Positions 48,753 through 58,874 of a stretch of 64,000 nucleotides of DNA are shown piece after piece (the first letter of the stretch is position 1; each line of letters starts with the position of its first letter). Source of the stretch: an uncultured Candidatus Binatia bacterium (GTDB lineage: Bacteria > Desulfobacterota > Binatia > UBA9968 > JAJDTQ01); the NCBI GenBank assembly GCA_964291295.2, contig OZ219754.1, positions 1,632,001 to 1,696,000 on the forward strand, in the 5' to 3' direction. The translations under genes and the position numbers were made by a program. Under the pieces are notes generated by a model that saw only the letters and a program-made list of their open reading frames with translations, was not told the origin of the DNA and made no database searches.

Positions 48753-49161
48753 GTTCCGCCGAGTTCACGATCCGGCGTGCCGTCCCGGACGGAACGTTGG
48801 CAACAGCAAGGTTGGCAAATCCGGGAAAGGCCACCATGTGAAACACGCTAATATACAGGACTCCCCATCGGCTTGCCAGCACACATGACGGCATCGCCCG
48901 GGAACCGGCCAGGCATCCGGACCGCCCGGGAAGGTGGGTGCGGAAGAATTGATGGAAAGTGATGGACGTCGATGATCGCCACCCTGTCGGAACAAGGGGA
49001 CCGGAAGCGGCGCGGGTGCAGCCGGCAAGCGCGAGCGTTGGGCCGGGTGCGGCGGTCAGGGCAGGCGGTGGCGGAAGAATGAACGGACCACACGGCCGAA
49101 CCCCCGAAGCGCGTGCACATTCCGGCATTGATGCGGGCCGGGGTTACCTGTCACCTCACAA

Positions 49162-49320
49162 TGGAGTTTGATGCGAAGAAACGAGTGACGCGACGGGGAG
49201 TATTTCTTGAGAAAACGGCTCGATATCCATGACTCCGGCGCCCTCTCCCGCCTCTCCACAGTCCCGTATCCTCCTCGTCAAGCCAATCGTGCTTATTTCG
49301 AGCTCTTGTCCAGACTCTCC
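49162..49320 (+). mobile_element. Possible internally deleted IS5-family relic
   Basis: MEFDAKKRVTRRGVFLEK resembles the IS5 transposase N-terminus (K..TRRE.FL); TTGTCCAGACTCTCC at 49306-49320 matches the MITE right end 12/15. Confidence 0.4.
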
Positions 49321-49975
49321 CTGGTGGCGAAGTCATGCCGGGCGAGCCCATCGCGAAACCCTGATAACCGGAACCGTCGTGCATGGCAGGGTCGTGTCCC
49401 GAGCATCAGGGCATCCGTGAACGAGAAGAGATTGGGGCAGCCTGGTTGCTGCCGGACAAGGCATCGGGAACAAGGCGACCGGGAACAAGGCGTTTTCCCG
49501 CATGTCCCGTGAGCGGATCCGGGATCGGGCCGGCACCACCGGCGCGCCAGGTGTGCCGAGGCAGCGCTTCCGGCGCTGGAACATCGCCTGCGGTCCACGC
49601 GTTTGCGAAGTGCCGAGGCCCCCGCAGACACATCGGCTTGCAGGCCGGGCGGCGAGCCTCGGTGCTTTTCCTGAACCGCTCGCGATGGCGTACGCGGCCC
49701 ACGGCAACTCACGGCCGGCTTCAGGTCGGCAGTGGAAGGCGGATGTCCGGTCGGCCGGGGACCACGCCGGCAGAAGATCCGCATGGGTGATACGGTCAGC
49801 CGCGTTGCCGGAGGTCGGGATGACGGCTATACGATACGGACAACCGGCACATGATCGGCAACGGTGCTGTCCGCAGCGGTATGGGCGACAGGAGTCGGCG
49901 GGCGGCGGAACCTTGGAGGAGTCGATCCAGGGCGGGGCGCACGACGGGCGGGCGGCGTTTCGGGTTGTGAATTCT

Positions 49976-49990
49976 GATTGCATCGCAATC
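49976..49990. promoter_or_regulatory. Palindrome GATTGC-N3-GCAATC, candidate antitoxin (RHH) operator
   Basis: Perfect 6-bp inverted repeat ~50 bp upstream of the antitoxin ATG. Confidence 0.4.
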
Positions 49991-50039
49991 GCGTCGGCCT
50001 GGAATGAAGCCCTTGCGGGAATGGGGGACAGGAAGGACC

Positions 50040-50282
50040 ATGGCGAGTATCACGATCCGCAATCTCGACGAAGACGTGAAGAGCCGCCTGCGGGTGCGCG
50101 CGGCCTGCAACGGACGGTCCATGGAAGAGGAGGTGCGGCTGATTCTGCGCGATGCCGTCGGGTGCGGGAAGCCTCCCCGGAGTCTCGCGAGCGCTATTCG
50201 CGCCCGGACCGCGCCTCTGGGTGGGGTGGATCTGGAGTTGCCCCCGCGCGGTCCCGGACGCGAGCCGCCGCCCTTCGACTGA
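50040..50282 (+). CDS. FitA-like ribbon-helix-helix antitoxin
   Basis: MASITIRNLDEDVKSRLRVRAA.NGRSMEEEVRLIL; GGAAGGA RBS. Confidence 0.9.
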   Translation: MASITIRNLDEDVKSRLRVRAACNGRSMEEEVRLILRDAVGCGKPPRSLASAIRARTAPLGGVDLELPPRGPGREPPPFD

Positions 50283-50292
50283 CGCGGCGGCG

Positions 50293-50727
50293 ATGTTCCT
50301 GGTGGATACGAATGTGGTGTCCGAAATCCTGCGCCCGTCTCCCGTGCCTGTTGTCGAGACCTGGGTTGGGGACCGCCGAACAACGGACCTGTATTCGTAT
50401 CTGTATTTCGCGGCAATCGGCGAGGCGGAGCTTCGTTACGGTGTTGCCATTCTGTCGGCCGGCCGGTGCCAGACCGCGCTTGCGTTCGCCATCGAGACAA
50501 TCCTGCGAGAAGACTTTGTGGATTGGACTCTCCCTTTCGACGGCGAGGCGGCGCGGGACCATGCGGATATCGCGGCCGTGTGCCGTTCCGCCGGCCGTAT
50601 TGTCCCGCCGGCGGAATGCCAGGTCGCGGCCATCGCCCGGTCCCGGAACATGACGGCGGCGACGCGCAATGTCCGGGACTTCGAGGGCATCGACATCGAA
50701 GTCGTCGATCCCTGGACGGCGGCATGA
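50293..50727 (+). CDS. vapC: VapC/FitB PIN-domain toxin
   Basis: LVDTNVVSE, EAELRYGV, LPFD, ATRNVRDF, VVDPW. Confidence 0.88.
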   Translation: MFLVDTNVVSEILRPSPVPVVETWVGDRRTTDLYSYLYFAAIGEAELRYGVAILSAGRCQTALAFAIETILREDFVDWTLPFDGEAARDHADIAAVCRSAGRIVPPAECQVAAIARSRNMTAATRNVRDFEGIDIEVVDPWTAA

Positions 50728-52877
50728 GCGACTCGACCGAAGCCTTCGCGCGCGTCAAGATCGATGCCCTGCTCAAGGACGCGGGCTGGGATCTGACGGA
50801 CGGTTCGAGCGTCCTGTACGAGCACGCGCTGCCCGACGGCACGCAGGCCGATTACGTGCTCTGCGATCGTCACGGTCGGCCCATGGCGGTGCTGGAAGCC
50901 AAGCGGGCGAGCACCGATCCGATCACGGCGCAAGACCAGGGCAGGCACTACGCCGAACAGCTTGGCGTGCCCTTCGTCTTCCTGTCGAACGGCGAGGAGG
51001 TGCGGTTCCTCGACCGCGAGACCGACGCCCACGCGCGCGAGATTGCGGGCTTCTACGCCCGGGACGATCTTGAACGGCGGATCGCTGCGCGCTGGAACCG
51101 ACGCGATCTTTCGGCGGTCGCCATCGATCCGAAGATCGTCGACCGCGACTACCAGATCGAATGCGTCGAGGCGCTGTCGGCCGAGGTCTCGTGCGGGCGG
51201 CGCAAGCTGCTGGTGGAGATGGCGACGGGCACAGGCAAGACGCGCACGGCGGCGGCTTTCGTCAAGCGGCTGTTCGAGGCGGGCATTGTCACCCGAGTGC
51301 TGTTCCTGGTGGACCGGATCGCCTTGGCCCGGCAGGCCGAGGACGCCTTCACCGACCATCTGCGGGACTACCCCTGCCACGTGCTGCGGCCCGGCCGCGG
51401 CTTTGATCGGGCCAAGCGCATCACGATTGCGACCTTGCAGACCATGATCGCCGAGTTCGGCACGCTCTCCCCGGGCTATTTCGATCTGGTCATTACCGAC
51501 GAATGCCACCGCTCGATCTACGGCAAGTGGAGCGGCGTGCTGCGGCACTTCGATTCCATCCAGCTCGGTCTTACGGCGACGCCCTGCACCACCGAAGCCG
51601 ACGCGCTGCCCGATCCCGAGGACGGGCTGTTCGTGCGCGATACGCTGCGCTTCTTCGGGCTTGAGAAACCGACCTTCCGTTACGACCTGCGCCGGGCCAT
51701 CGAGGAAGGCCACCTTGTGCCTTACCGCATCTACAAGGCGATGACGGTGAAGACCGCTGCGGGGGACGGGTTCGAGGTCAAACGTGAAGAACTCGACTGG
51801 AGCGCGATGGACCGGGAGACGCGAGAGGAGTTCGAGGAACTCTTCGCCGCTTCGGACCCGATCACGGTGGACCCGCGGGCACTGGAGCGCAAGTTCACGA
51901 TTCCCGAGCGTAACCGCGTCATGGTGCGCGAGTTCCGGGACGCGCACGAGAAGGGCTTCATGGGCAAGGACGGCGTCAGGCGCTGGCCGGCAGAGGGCAA
52001 GACCTTGGTGTTCGCGGTAACCCGGCGTCACGCCGAGACCTTGGCGGAGATGTTCGACGAGCACTTCGCGGATCTGAAGCCGCATCCGAGCGTGCGCTAC
52101 GCCGACTTCGTGGTGAGCGACGTGGGCGGTGGTCCGGCGCCCGATGCGAGCGCCATCGTCAAGCGCTTCAAAGAGGAGGAGTTTCCCAGGATACTGGTCA
52201 GCGTGAACATGCTGGACACCGGCTTCGACTGTCCGGAGGTCGTCAACCTGGTCATGGCTCGGTTCACGCGAAGCGCGATCCTCTACCGGCAGATGCGTGG
52301 GCGGGGCACGCGCAGAGCGGACCACATCAGCAAGACCGGGTTCACGATGTTTGATTTCGTCGGCGTGACGGACTTCCACGGCGACGACGAAGGCGATATC
52401 CACGGTGGTTGGGTTCTCGAGCCCAGCCACGGTCCTTCGTCCGGTTCTGGCAATCCTCGCATGTTGCTGAACCTGGACGTGGACGATCACATCGACCCGG
52501 AGAGCCGCGATTGGTTGACGCTCGACGAGAATGGCCGCATCGTGCGCACGCCGGAGCACGATGCGCGTGCTGCGGAGGTCGGCATGAAGTTCGAGGCATG
52601 GCGGGGTGAACACAGGGACGACTTCACTGCGGAGCAAGCACGCTGGGCCAGCCTGATCGGCAGCCGGGTGAGGGCCGATGCGATGAATATGGAGAACTTC
52701 GGCGGTTGGAACTTCGACGAACATCCCTTTGCCGCCTTGGGGGGATACGATAAGGCGTGCCGCGTGTTCGGTGGTGAGGAATCGCTGGGCGAACTGATCG
52801 CCGGGATCAACGCCGCAGTGTTCGGACAATGGAAGGCCGGCGGGGCGGCCGAAGGCGCTCGCGCCGGGGAGTGGTGA
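50724..52877 (+). CDS. hsdR: Type I restriction subunit R (short form)
   Basis: ADYVL..LEAK nuclease, MATGTGKT, DECHR, GLTATP, MLDTGFD, QMRGRGTR; ATGA overlap with vapC. Confidence 0.88.
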   Translation: MSDSTEAFARVKIDALLKDAGWDLTDGSSVLYEHALPDGTQADYVLCDRHGRPMAVLEAKRASTDPITAQDQGRHYAEQLGVPFVFLSNGEEVRFLDRETDAHAREIAGFYARDDLERRIAARWNRRDLSAVAIDPKIVDRDYQIECVEALSAEVSCGRRKLLVEMATGTGKTRTAAAFVKRLFEAGIVTRVLFLVDRIALARQAEDAFTDHLRDYPCHVLRPGRGFDRAKRITIATLQTMIAEFGTLSPGYFDLVITDECHRSIYGKWSGVLRHFDSIQLGLTATPCTTEADALPDPEDGLFVRDTLRFFGLEKPTFRYDLRRAIEEGHLVPYRIYKAMTVKTAAGDGFEVKREELDWSAMDRETREEFEELFAASDPITVDPRALERKFTIPERNRVMVREFRDAHEKGFMGKDGVRRWPAEGKTLVFAVTRRHAETLAEMFDEHFADLKPHPSVRYADFVVSDVGGGPAPDASAIVKRFKEEEFPRILVSVNMLDTGFDCPEVVNLVMARFTRSAILYRQMRGRGTRRADHISKTGFTMFDFVGVTDFHGDDEGDIHGGWVLEPSHGPSSGSGNPRMLLNLDVDDHIDPESRDWLTLDENGRIVRTPEHDARAAEVGMKFEAWRGEHRDDFTAEQARWASLIGSRVRADAMNMENFGGWNFDEHPFAALGGYDKACRVFGGEESLGELIAGINAAVFGQWKAGGAAEGARAGEW

Positions 52878-54514
52878 GCACCATGCCCATGACACCCGAA
52901 CTCCGGCGCGGCATCGACCGCATCCGCGACTATCTCTTCGGCGGCGGCTACCCGAACCCGGCCCAGAACGCCGAGCAGCTCAGCTTCCTGATCTACTTCT
53001 ACATGTACGAAGCGGCGGACGCGGCGCGGGTGCGGGCGGCGCAGCGGCCGGGCGCCGCACCCTACGCCAGCGCCTTCGAGGGCGAATGGCGCCTGCGCGA
53101 CTCGCGCAACGCCCGCAAGCCCGGTGCCGCAGCGGTGCCGCGCGAATTGCTGCGGTGGTCGTCCTGGGCTGTGGCGCTGAACGGCGAGCCACTGGTCAAC
53201 TGGGTGCGCGAGGAGGTCTTTCCGTTCCATGCGGAACTCGCCGCGAACGGTATCACCGACTTCATGGACGGCGCCCGTCTGGCCATCGACGAGCCGACCG
53301 TGCTCACTCAGGTGGTCAGCCTGTTGAACGACCTGCGTCTCGACCAGGTGGACGCCGATACCAAGGGCGATTTGTTCGAGCATGTGCTGCGCCAGATCCG
53401 CCAGGCCGGCGAACTCGGCCAGTTCCGCACACCGCGCCATGTCATCCGCGCCCTGGTGCGGCTGGTCGATCCGAGGATCGGCGAGACGATCTACGATCCG
53501 GCGGCGGGCACGGCCGGCTTCTTGGTGGGTGCGTGGGACCACATCCGCTTGGCCAATTCCTCACCCGCCGGGACCGAGGAGGTCGAGGCCGACGGCAAGA
53601 CCGTGCAGCGCGGCCTCGGCGACATGCTGAGCCAAGATGCGGTCAGGCAGTTGGAGGAGGCGACCTTCCATGGCGCCGATGTGGACCCGCAGATGGTCCG
53701 CCTCGCCACCATGAACCTGACGCTGCGCGGGCTGGACCGGGTGCGCATCCTGCGCCGTAATGCGCTCACCCGCTCCCTGGACCGCGCGGCCAAGGGGGAA
53801 CTCGGCCTGCCGCCGAGCGGCTTCGACGTGGTTCTCGCCAATCCGCCGTTCTCCGGGCGGCTGGACCGGGATCGCATGGTGGAGGAGGTCAAGGTCGGGC
53901 GCACGGATAAGACCGAGTTGCTGTTCCTGCAATACATGCTGAACCACCTGAAGGAGAGCGGGCGCTGCGGCGTGGTGGTGCCGGAAGGCGTGTTGTTCAT
54001 TTCGACCGGGGCATACAGGGAACTGCGCCGGCGGCTGGTGGAGAATAACCGCGTGGAGGCGGTGCTGTCGCTGCCGGGGGGCGTGTTCAACCCCTATTCC
54101 GGCGTCAAGACCTCGGTGCTGGTGTTCCGCAAAGGCGGCACGACGGAGCGCGTCATGTTCCTCCATGCCGACAACGACGGCTTCAAGCTCGACGCCAACC
54201 ACGACACACCCATCGACGAGGACGACCTGCCCGGCCTGATCGAGGCCTTCCGGGAGCGGGACGCGCGATGGGCGGCGTGGCGGGACCGCAACCCAGAAGA
54301 GAACTGGACCGAGAACTGGTGGTTTGCCGAGGCCGACGCCATCCGCGCCGCCGACTTCAACCTGAGCGCCAACCGGCATAGGCCGCTGAGCCGTGCGAGG
54401 GTAGAGCACCGCAAACCGCTGGAGATTCTGGAGGAACTGCGAGGGATCGAGACGCAGATACTTGGAGAGATTGATGAATTGACCGAAGCAGTGCGGGGGG
54501 CGACGGGGGAATGA
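52874..54514 (+). CDS. hsdM: Type I N6-adenine methyltransferase subunit M
   Basis: GQFRTPRH, YDPAAGTAGFL, NPPF, VVVPEGVLF; GTGA overlap with hsdR. Confidence 0.92.
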   Translation: MSTMPMTPELRRGIDRIRDYLFGGGYPNPAQNAEQLSFLIYFYMYEAADAARVRAAQRPGAAPYASAFEGEWRLRDSRNARKPGAAAVPRELLRWSSWAVALNGEPLVNWVREEVFPFHAELAANGITDFMDGARLAIDEPTVLTQVVSLLNDLRLDQVDADTKGDLFEHVLRQIRQAGELGQFRTPRHVIRALVRLVDPRIGETIYDPAAGTAGFLVGAWDHIRLANSSPAGTEEVEADGKTVQRGLGDMLSQDAVRQLEEATFHGADVDPQMVRLATMNLTLRGLDRVRILRRNALTRSLDRAAKGELGLPPSGFDVVLANPPFSGRLDRDRMVEEVKVGRTDKTELLFLQYMLNHLKESGRCGVVVPEGVLFISTGAYRELRRRLVENNRVEAVLSLPGGVFNPYSGVKTSVLVFRKGGTTERVMFLHADNDGFKLDANHDTPIDEDDLPGLIEAFRERDARWAAWRDRNPEENWTENWWFAEADAIRAADFNLSANRHRPLSRARVEHRKPLEILEELRGIETQILGEIDELTEAVRGATGE

Positions 54515-55656
54515 GCTTCCCCATAGTACAATTGGGTGAACTCTGCGAGATGGATCGCCACGGACTTGGCCCGAACGACCGTGCTGCGGCAGAGCTTCCC
54601 TTCGTGGGAGTCGAAAACGTTGAATCTCAAATCGGTATTATCAATTTCGGCAATGGTTCGCGTGTCGGGAGTCAAAAAAGCACGACCTTCCGGTTCGACG
54701 AACGCCATATTCTCTACGCAAAGCTCCGACCGTATCTGAACAAGGTCGCAATTCCTGACTTTCCGGGAAGATGCTCGACCGAACTTGTCCCGCTTCGACC
54801 TCGGGAAGGCGTAGACCGTGAGTTCGTTGCGCATCTGCTTCGGCGGAATCAGACCGTCGAATATGTTATGATGTCTGTGACCGGATCCAGAATGCCGCGA
54901 ACCAACATGAAAGCGCTGATGTCGCTGCCGGTCCCCTTCCCACCGCTTTCCGAGCAGCGGCGGATCGTTGGCATCCTGAACCGGGCGGCGCGGACTAAGC
55001 GACTGCGAAAGCAGGCGCAGGAGTTGATGCAGGAATTCATGCCCGCGCTGTTCGTCAAGATGTTCGGCGATCCCGCCACAAATCCGATGGGGTGGCCAGT
55101 TTGCGCACTCCGCGAAATCTGCGTGGCAGATCGTCAAGGAATGGACTCAGATAACCCGGCTGCGTCGCTGCTTCCGTTTGTGGGCGTCGAAAATATCGAA
55201 TCGCGGACAGGTACGATTAACCTCAATAACGATTCGCGGACAGGCAGTCAAAAAAGCACTACTTTTCCGTTCGACAAGCGTCACGTTCTCTACGCGAAAC
55301 TCCGGCCATATCTGAACAAAGTCGCCACTCCCAATTTTGCTGGCAGATGCTCTACCGAGTTGATCCCATTCATCCCCCGAGATGGTGTTGTTCGCGATTT
55401 CGTTGCGCAACTGCTTCGGCGAAAAGAGACCGTTGACTATGCTATGGCATCGGCAACCGGCTCCCGAATGCCTAGAACCGATATGAATGCGTTGCTCTCA
55501 TTGCCGGTGCCGTGTCCTCCGCCTGATGAACAGGCACGATTCGCGACACTTGCGAAGGCGGCACAAGCCACGGTCAGGCGTATGGAGATTGCCGGTCAGA
55601 TTGCTGTAACACTGAATGCGTCCATCATGTCCCGGCTCTTAGGCCAGACGGGGTGA
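54511..55656 (+). CDS. hsdS: Type I specificity subunit S with two similar TRDs
   Basis: PPLSEQRRIVGIL, MFGDP..NPMGWP conserved spacer, PPPDEQARF; ATGA overlap with hsdM. Confidence 0.92.
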   Translation: MSFPIVQLGELCEMDRHGLGPNDRAAAELPFVGVENVESQIGIINFGNGSRVGSQKSTTFRFDERHILYAKLRPYLNKVAIPDFPGRCSTELVPLRPREGVDREFVAHLLRRNQTVEYVMMSVTGSRMPRTNMKALMSLPVPFPPLSEQRRIVGILNRAARTKRLRKQAQELMQEFMPALFVKMFGDPATNPMGWPVCALREICVADRQGMDSDNPAASLLPFVGVENIESRTGTINLNNDSRTGSQKSTTFPFDKRHVLYAKLRPYLNKVATPNFAGRCSTELIPFIPRDGVVRDFVAQLLRRKETVDYAMASATGSRMPRTDMNALLSLPVPCPPPDEQARFATLAKAAQATVRRMEIAGQIAVTLNASIMSRLLGQTG

Positions 55657-55859
55657 CCAACCGCGTGTTTTGGGATAGAAAAAGCGAGTTGATGTCGGAA
55701 CCCCTTGGCCAGGATAGGCAAGGGTGGTTTCAGCATATTACTGGGATCGAGTATCCTCCCCGCAGCCAGCCTCTCGGGATACTTCAAGTGAGCCGGCGTC
55801 GGTTGGCTCCACATCCAGCGCTTGTGGAAGGCCTCTCGCACTTGAGGGACCGCCGATGA
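55653..55859 (+). CDS. Small hypothetical protein (68 aa)
   Basis: GTGA overlap with the hsdS stop and ATGA overlap with the next start; no family recognised. Confidence 0.4.
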   Translation: MTNRVFWDRKSELMSEPLGQDRQGWFQHITGIEYPPRSQPLGILQVSRRRLAPHPALVEGLSHLRDRR

Positions 55860-57544
55860 TCCACCGTGTCACGGTCAAGAACTTCAAACGCTTTCGTGAA
55901 CAGAAATTCGATTTATCGGAATCGGTTGTTTTGGCCGGGCCGAACAATGCCGGAAAGTCGACGCTGCTTCAAGTGATTTCAATGTGGAAGCTCGCCCTCC
56001 ATCGGTGGGTTTCTCAGCGAGAAGGAAGTCGGGCGGTCAGACGTTCGGGAGTCTCAATACCGCGAACCGATATTACAGCCGTGCCACTCCGGGAAATGAA
56101 TCTGCTGTGGGAGGACAGGAAGGTTACTGGTCCACAGGGGATGTCCGGAACACCGCGACTTATCGAGATCGTCGTGGAAGGTATTGAGGACAATGAACCT
56201 TGGACCTGTGGAATCGAACTCCAATACGCAAATCCGGAACTGGTGTATGCCAGACCCAACGGCGCGAAAGACCTTGATCGCGAAGCGATCCAGGACTTTC
56301 CGCCGGCGGCCGCGAAAGCTCTGGGAATTGTTCATGTGCCGCCACTCTCGGGGATCGAGCGCGATGAACCGCGGCACGACCGCGGAATGCAAGATCTGCT
56401 CGTCGGTCAGGGACGACCGGGAGAAATTCTCAGAAATCTGCTGCTGGAAATAGCCGAGAGTGGCCATGCGACAGACTGGGAAGACTTGGCAAAGCAGATC
56501 TGTGACTTGTTCCAGGTGGAGTTGCTGAAGCCTGTCTACTCGCCCGCCCAGCCGTACATCGTGTGCGAATATCGTGAACTGAACCACAAGGGGGAGCACA
56601 GCAGGCCCCTTGACCTCTCCAATGCTGGAAGCGGAACCCTTCAGGTGCTCCTTCTCCTTGCCTTTCTGTATGCGCGGCCCGCCACTGTGATCCTCCTGGA
56701 TGAGCCCGATGCGCACCAGCACGTCATGCTGCAAGGCCAGGTCTACGACCTGATTCGCAAGGTTGCACATGATCGACGAGGCCAAGTGATTATCGCCACT
56801 CACTCGGAGGTTGTGCTTGATGCGACAGAACCGGAACGCGTGCTCGGTTTCTTCGGCGAGACACCTCGTGCATTGACGAGCGAAAGAGAACGTAACCAGG
56901 TTCGCGAGGCACTCAAGCGCGTCACCACCACCGAACTGTTGCTCGGTCGACAGGCTGGAGGAGTACTTTATGTGGAGGGAGAGACGGATGAGAGAATTCT
57001 GGAGAAATGGGCGCGCATTCTCAATCACCAGTCTCATGAATATCTTAAACACCCATTTGTGTACTGGCTCCGTGGAAGAAGTCTTCGCGAGGCAAAAGCG
57101 CATTTCTTTGCCATGAGGGCGGCATTTCCTCAGATCCGCGGGCTTTGCCTGGTTGATGGAGACAATCTCGATGAGCCGGATCAAGAGACAACGAGTGCTG
57201 GATTGAAGGTTCTGCATTGGCGACGCTATGAAATTGAAAATTATCTTCTACATCCGGCGAGTATCGCGCGTTTCGTGGACTTTCCATTGATGCAGCCCAA
57301 AATTGAGGAGTGCTTCTGGCGGCAGGTACCACGGAAAACTGATTTGTTTGGAGACCATGTCGCGCTTGCACGTATAAAGGCAAGTAACGAGTTCTTGATA
57401 CCCTTGCTGAAGAGTGTCGGGAGGGACCTGCATAAACGGGATCTGTATTTGTTGGCTGCCATTATGCAAAAGAGCGAAATCCATCCGGAAGTCGGCGAGA
57501 AACTTGACGCAATCGCAAGTGTGTTGAAGCCAGGTGTGAGATAA
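55856..57544 (+). CDS. OLD-like ABC-ATPase + TOPRIM nuclease
   Basis: KNFKRF, GPNNAGKS, AGSG signature, LLDEPDAH, ATHS; TOPRIM YVEGETD, VDGD, YEIENYL. Confidence 0.82.
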   Translation: MIHRVTVKNFKRFREQKFDLSESVVLAGPNNAGKSTLLQVISMWKLALHRWVSQREGSRAVRRSGVSIPRTDITAVPLREMNLLWEDRKVTGPQGMSGTPRLIEIVVEGIEDNEPWTCGIELQYANPELVYARPNGAKDLDREAIQDFPPAAAKALGIVHVPPLSGIERDEPRHDRGMQDLLVGQGRPGEILRNLLLEIAESGHATDWEDLAKQICDLFQVELLKPVYSPAQPYIVCEYRELNHKGEHSRPLDLSNAGSGTLQVLLLLAFLYARPATVILLDEPDAHQHVMLQGQVYDLIRKVAHDRRGQVIIATHSEVVLDATEPERVLGFFGETPRALTSERERNQVREALKRVTTTELLLGRQAGGVLYVEGETDERILEKWARILNHQSHEYLKHPFVYWLRGRSLREAKAHFFAMRAAFPQIRGLCLVDGDNLDEPDQETTSAGLKVLHWRRYEIENYLLHPASIARFVDFPLMQPKIEECFWRQVPRKTDLFGDHVALARIKASNEFLIPLLKSVGRDLHKRDLYLLAAIMQKSEIHPEVGEKLDAIASVLKPGVR

Positions 57545-57818
57545 CGAAATCATGCACACCGACTCAAATAGCGGCGAAGTTCGTATAGAGGGGTGCCGTT
57601 CGAATGGGGATGAACGGGACATATGAAAGCTCGAGAGCGTGGATACCGATGTGTAGTGCATCGCTGAACGGCAAGAAATCCAGCGTTGACAGGAACCGCG
57701 GTGCGATTACCGGCTTCATGGCCCGCCGCCGGTGAGGAGCGACCAGAGTTGCCGGCAGTTGGCGCTGGTTGATTTGCCGATTCAGATGTGGCGAAAGTTT
57801 CGCTAGTGGAGAAGAGCT

Positions 57819-58874
57819 ATGGTTCATCTGAATAGCTTCAAGGCTGTCAAGTACCGCGGCATCAATGGTCTCGATTTGCCACAGTTGTCCAAGGCCAACT
57901 TGATTACAGGTCTCAATGGTGTTGGAAAGACAGCATTGATCGAGGCAATGTGGCTGTTCACTGAGCGATTCAATCCTCGCCTACTGTGGAACGCCAACGT
58001 GCAGCGTACCCTTAATCCTCCTGCCGATCCCATTTCACGATTGACTGTTGGTTTGTTGGAGCTTTGCGGGTCAGAGAACGGGACATCTCACAAGGTGAGG
58101 TGTATTTTCGAAGGAATCGATAACACTTCGATGAACGGGAGATTCTCGAATGCGATACCAGAAGGCTCAGGGAGACTGCCACCAGTTATCGGGTTCATAA
58201 GAACCTACCTTGATGGCAATCTTGTGAAAGATGGACAGGAGAGCATACATGTGGCGCCGTCGGGAGTGGTGCTGTATCAATCACCGGGCGCATCGGTGGG
58301 GCGTGCCAGTTGTGTCATGGAGGGTACGATAGTGCAACACGAGACACCGGCGGCCGAATACCTTAAATGATACTCAACCCTTGTCAGAGAAGGGCTTAAA
58401 AAAGAGTTGGTGAAGGCTGTCAATTGGGTCTCAAAGGGGATTGAAGATGTCGAGATTTTGACCGATGACAGCGGGGAATCGTATCTGTCCGTAACGATTC
58501 CGGGCAGGAAGCCCCGGCCGCTTCACGATCTTGGAGGTGGGGCTGTCAGGCTGGTTCGACTGCTACTCGGGTTTTTTGCCTCCCGAGATGGAGTCCTTCT
58601 GTCGGACGAGATGGAGAACGGTATTCATTACTCTGCGCAGCGGGAAATCTGGGCTGGAGCACGCCATTGGATGAATCGATGGAACGTGCAGCTTGTGGCA
58701 ACGACCCACAGTGGCGAGTTCATGGATGCGGCCATCGACGCTTTTGCAGACTGCCCATCGGATCTCTCGATCCACAGGATTTATCAAGACAGGGATACAG
58801 GCCGACCGGCGGTCGCGACGTTCACCGGCGAGGCACTTGCAGGGGTTCGGGCACTTGACCTGGAGGTCAGGTAA
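57819..58874 (+). pseudogene. AAA_15/AAA_21 ABC-type ATPase interrupted by one in-frame TGA (58368-58370)
   Basis: ORFs 57819-58370 and 58407-58874 are in the same frame; Walker A GLNGVGKT before the stop; LGGG, SDEMENGIH, ATTHS after it. Confidence 0.82.

Noticed and set aside
48760-50030. Small ORFs or an RNA gene in the asmA-TA gap
   Set aside because: No recognisable protein motifs, tRNA cloverleaf or known ncRNA signature by eye; an Infernal/Rfam scan would settle it.
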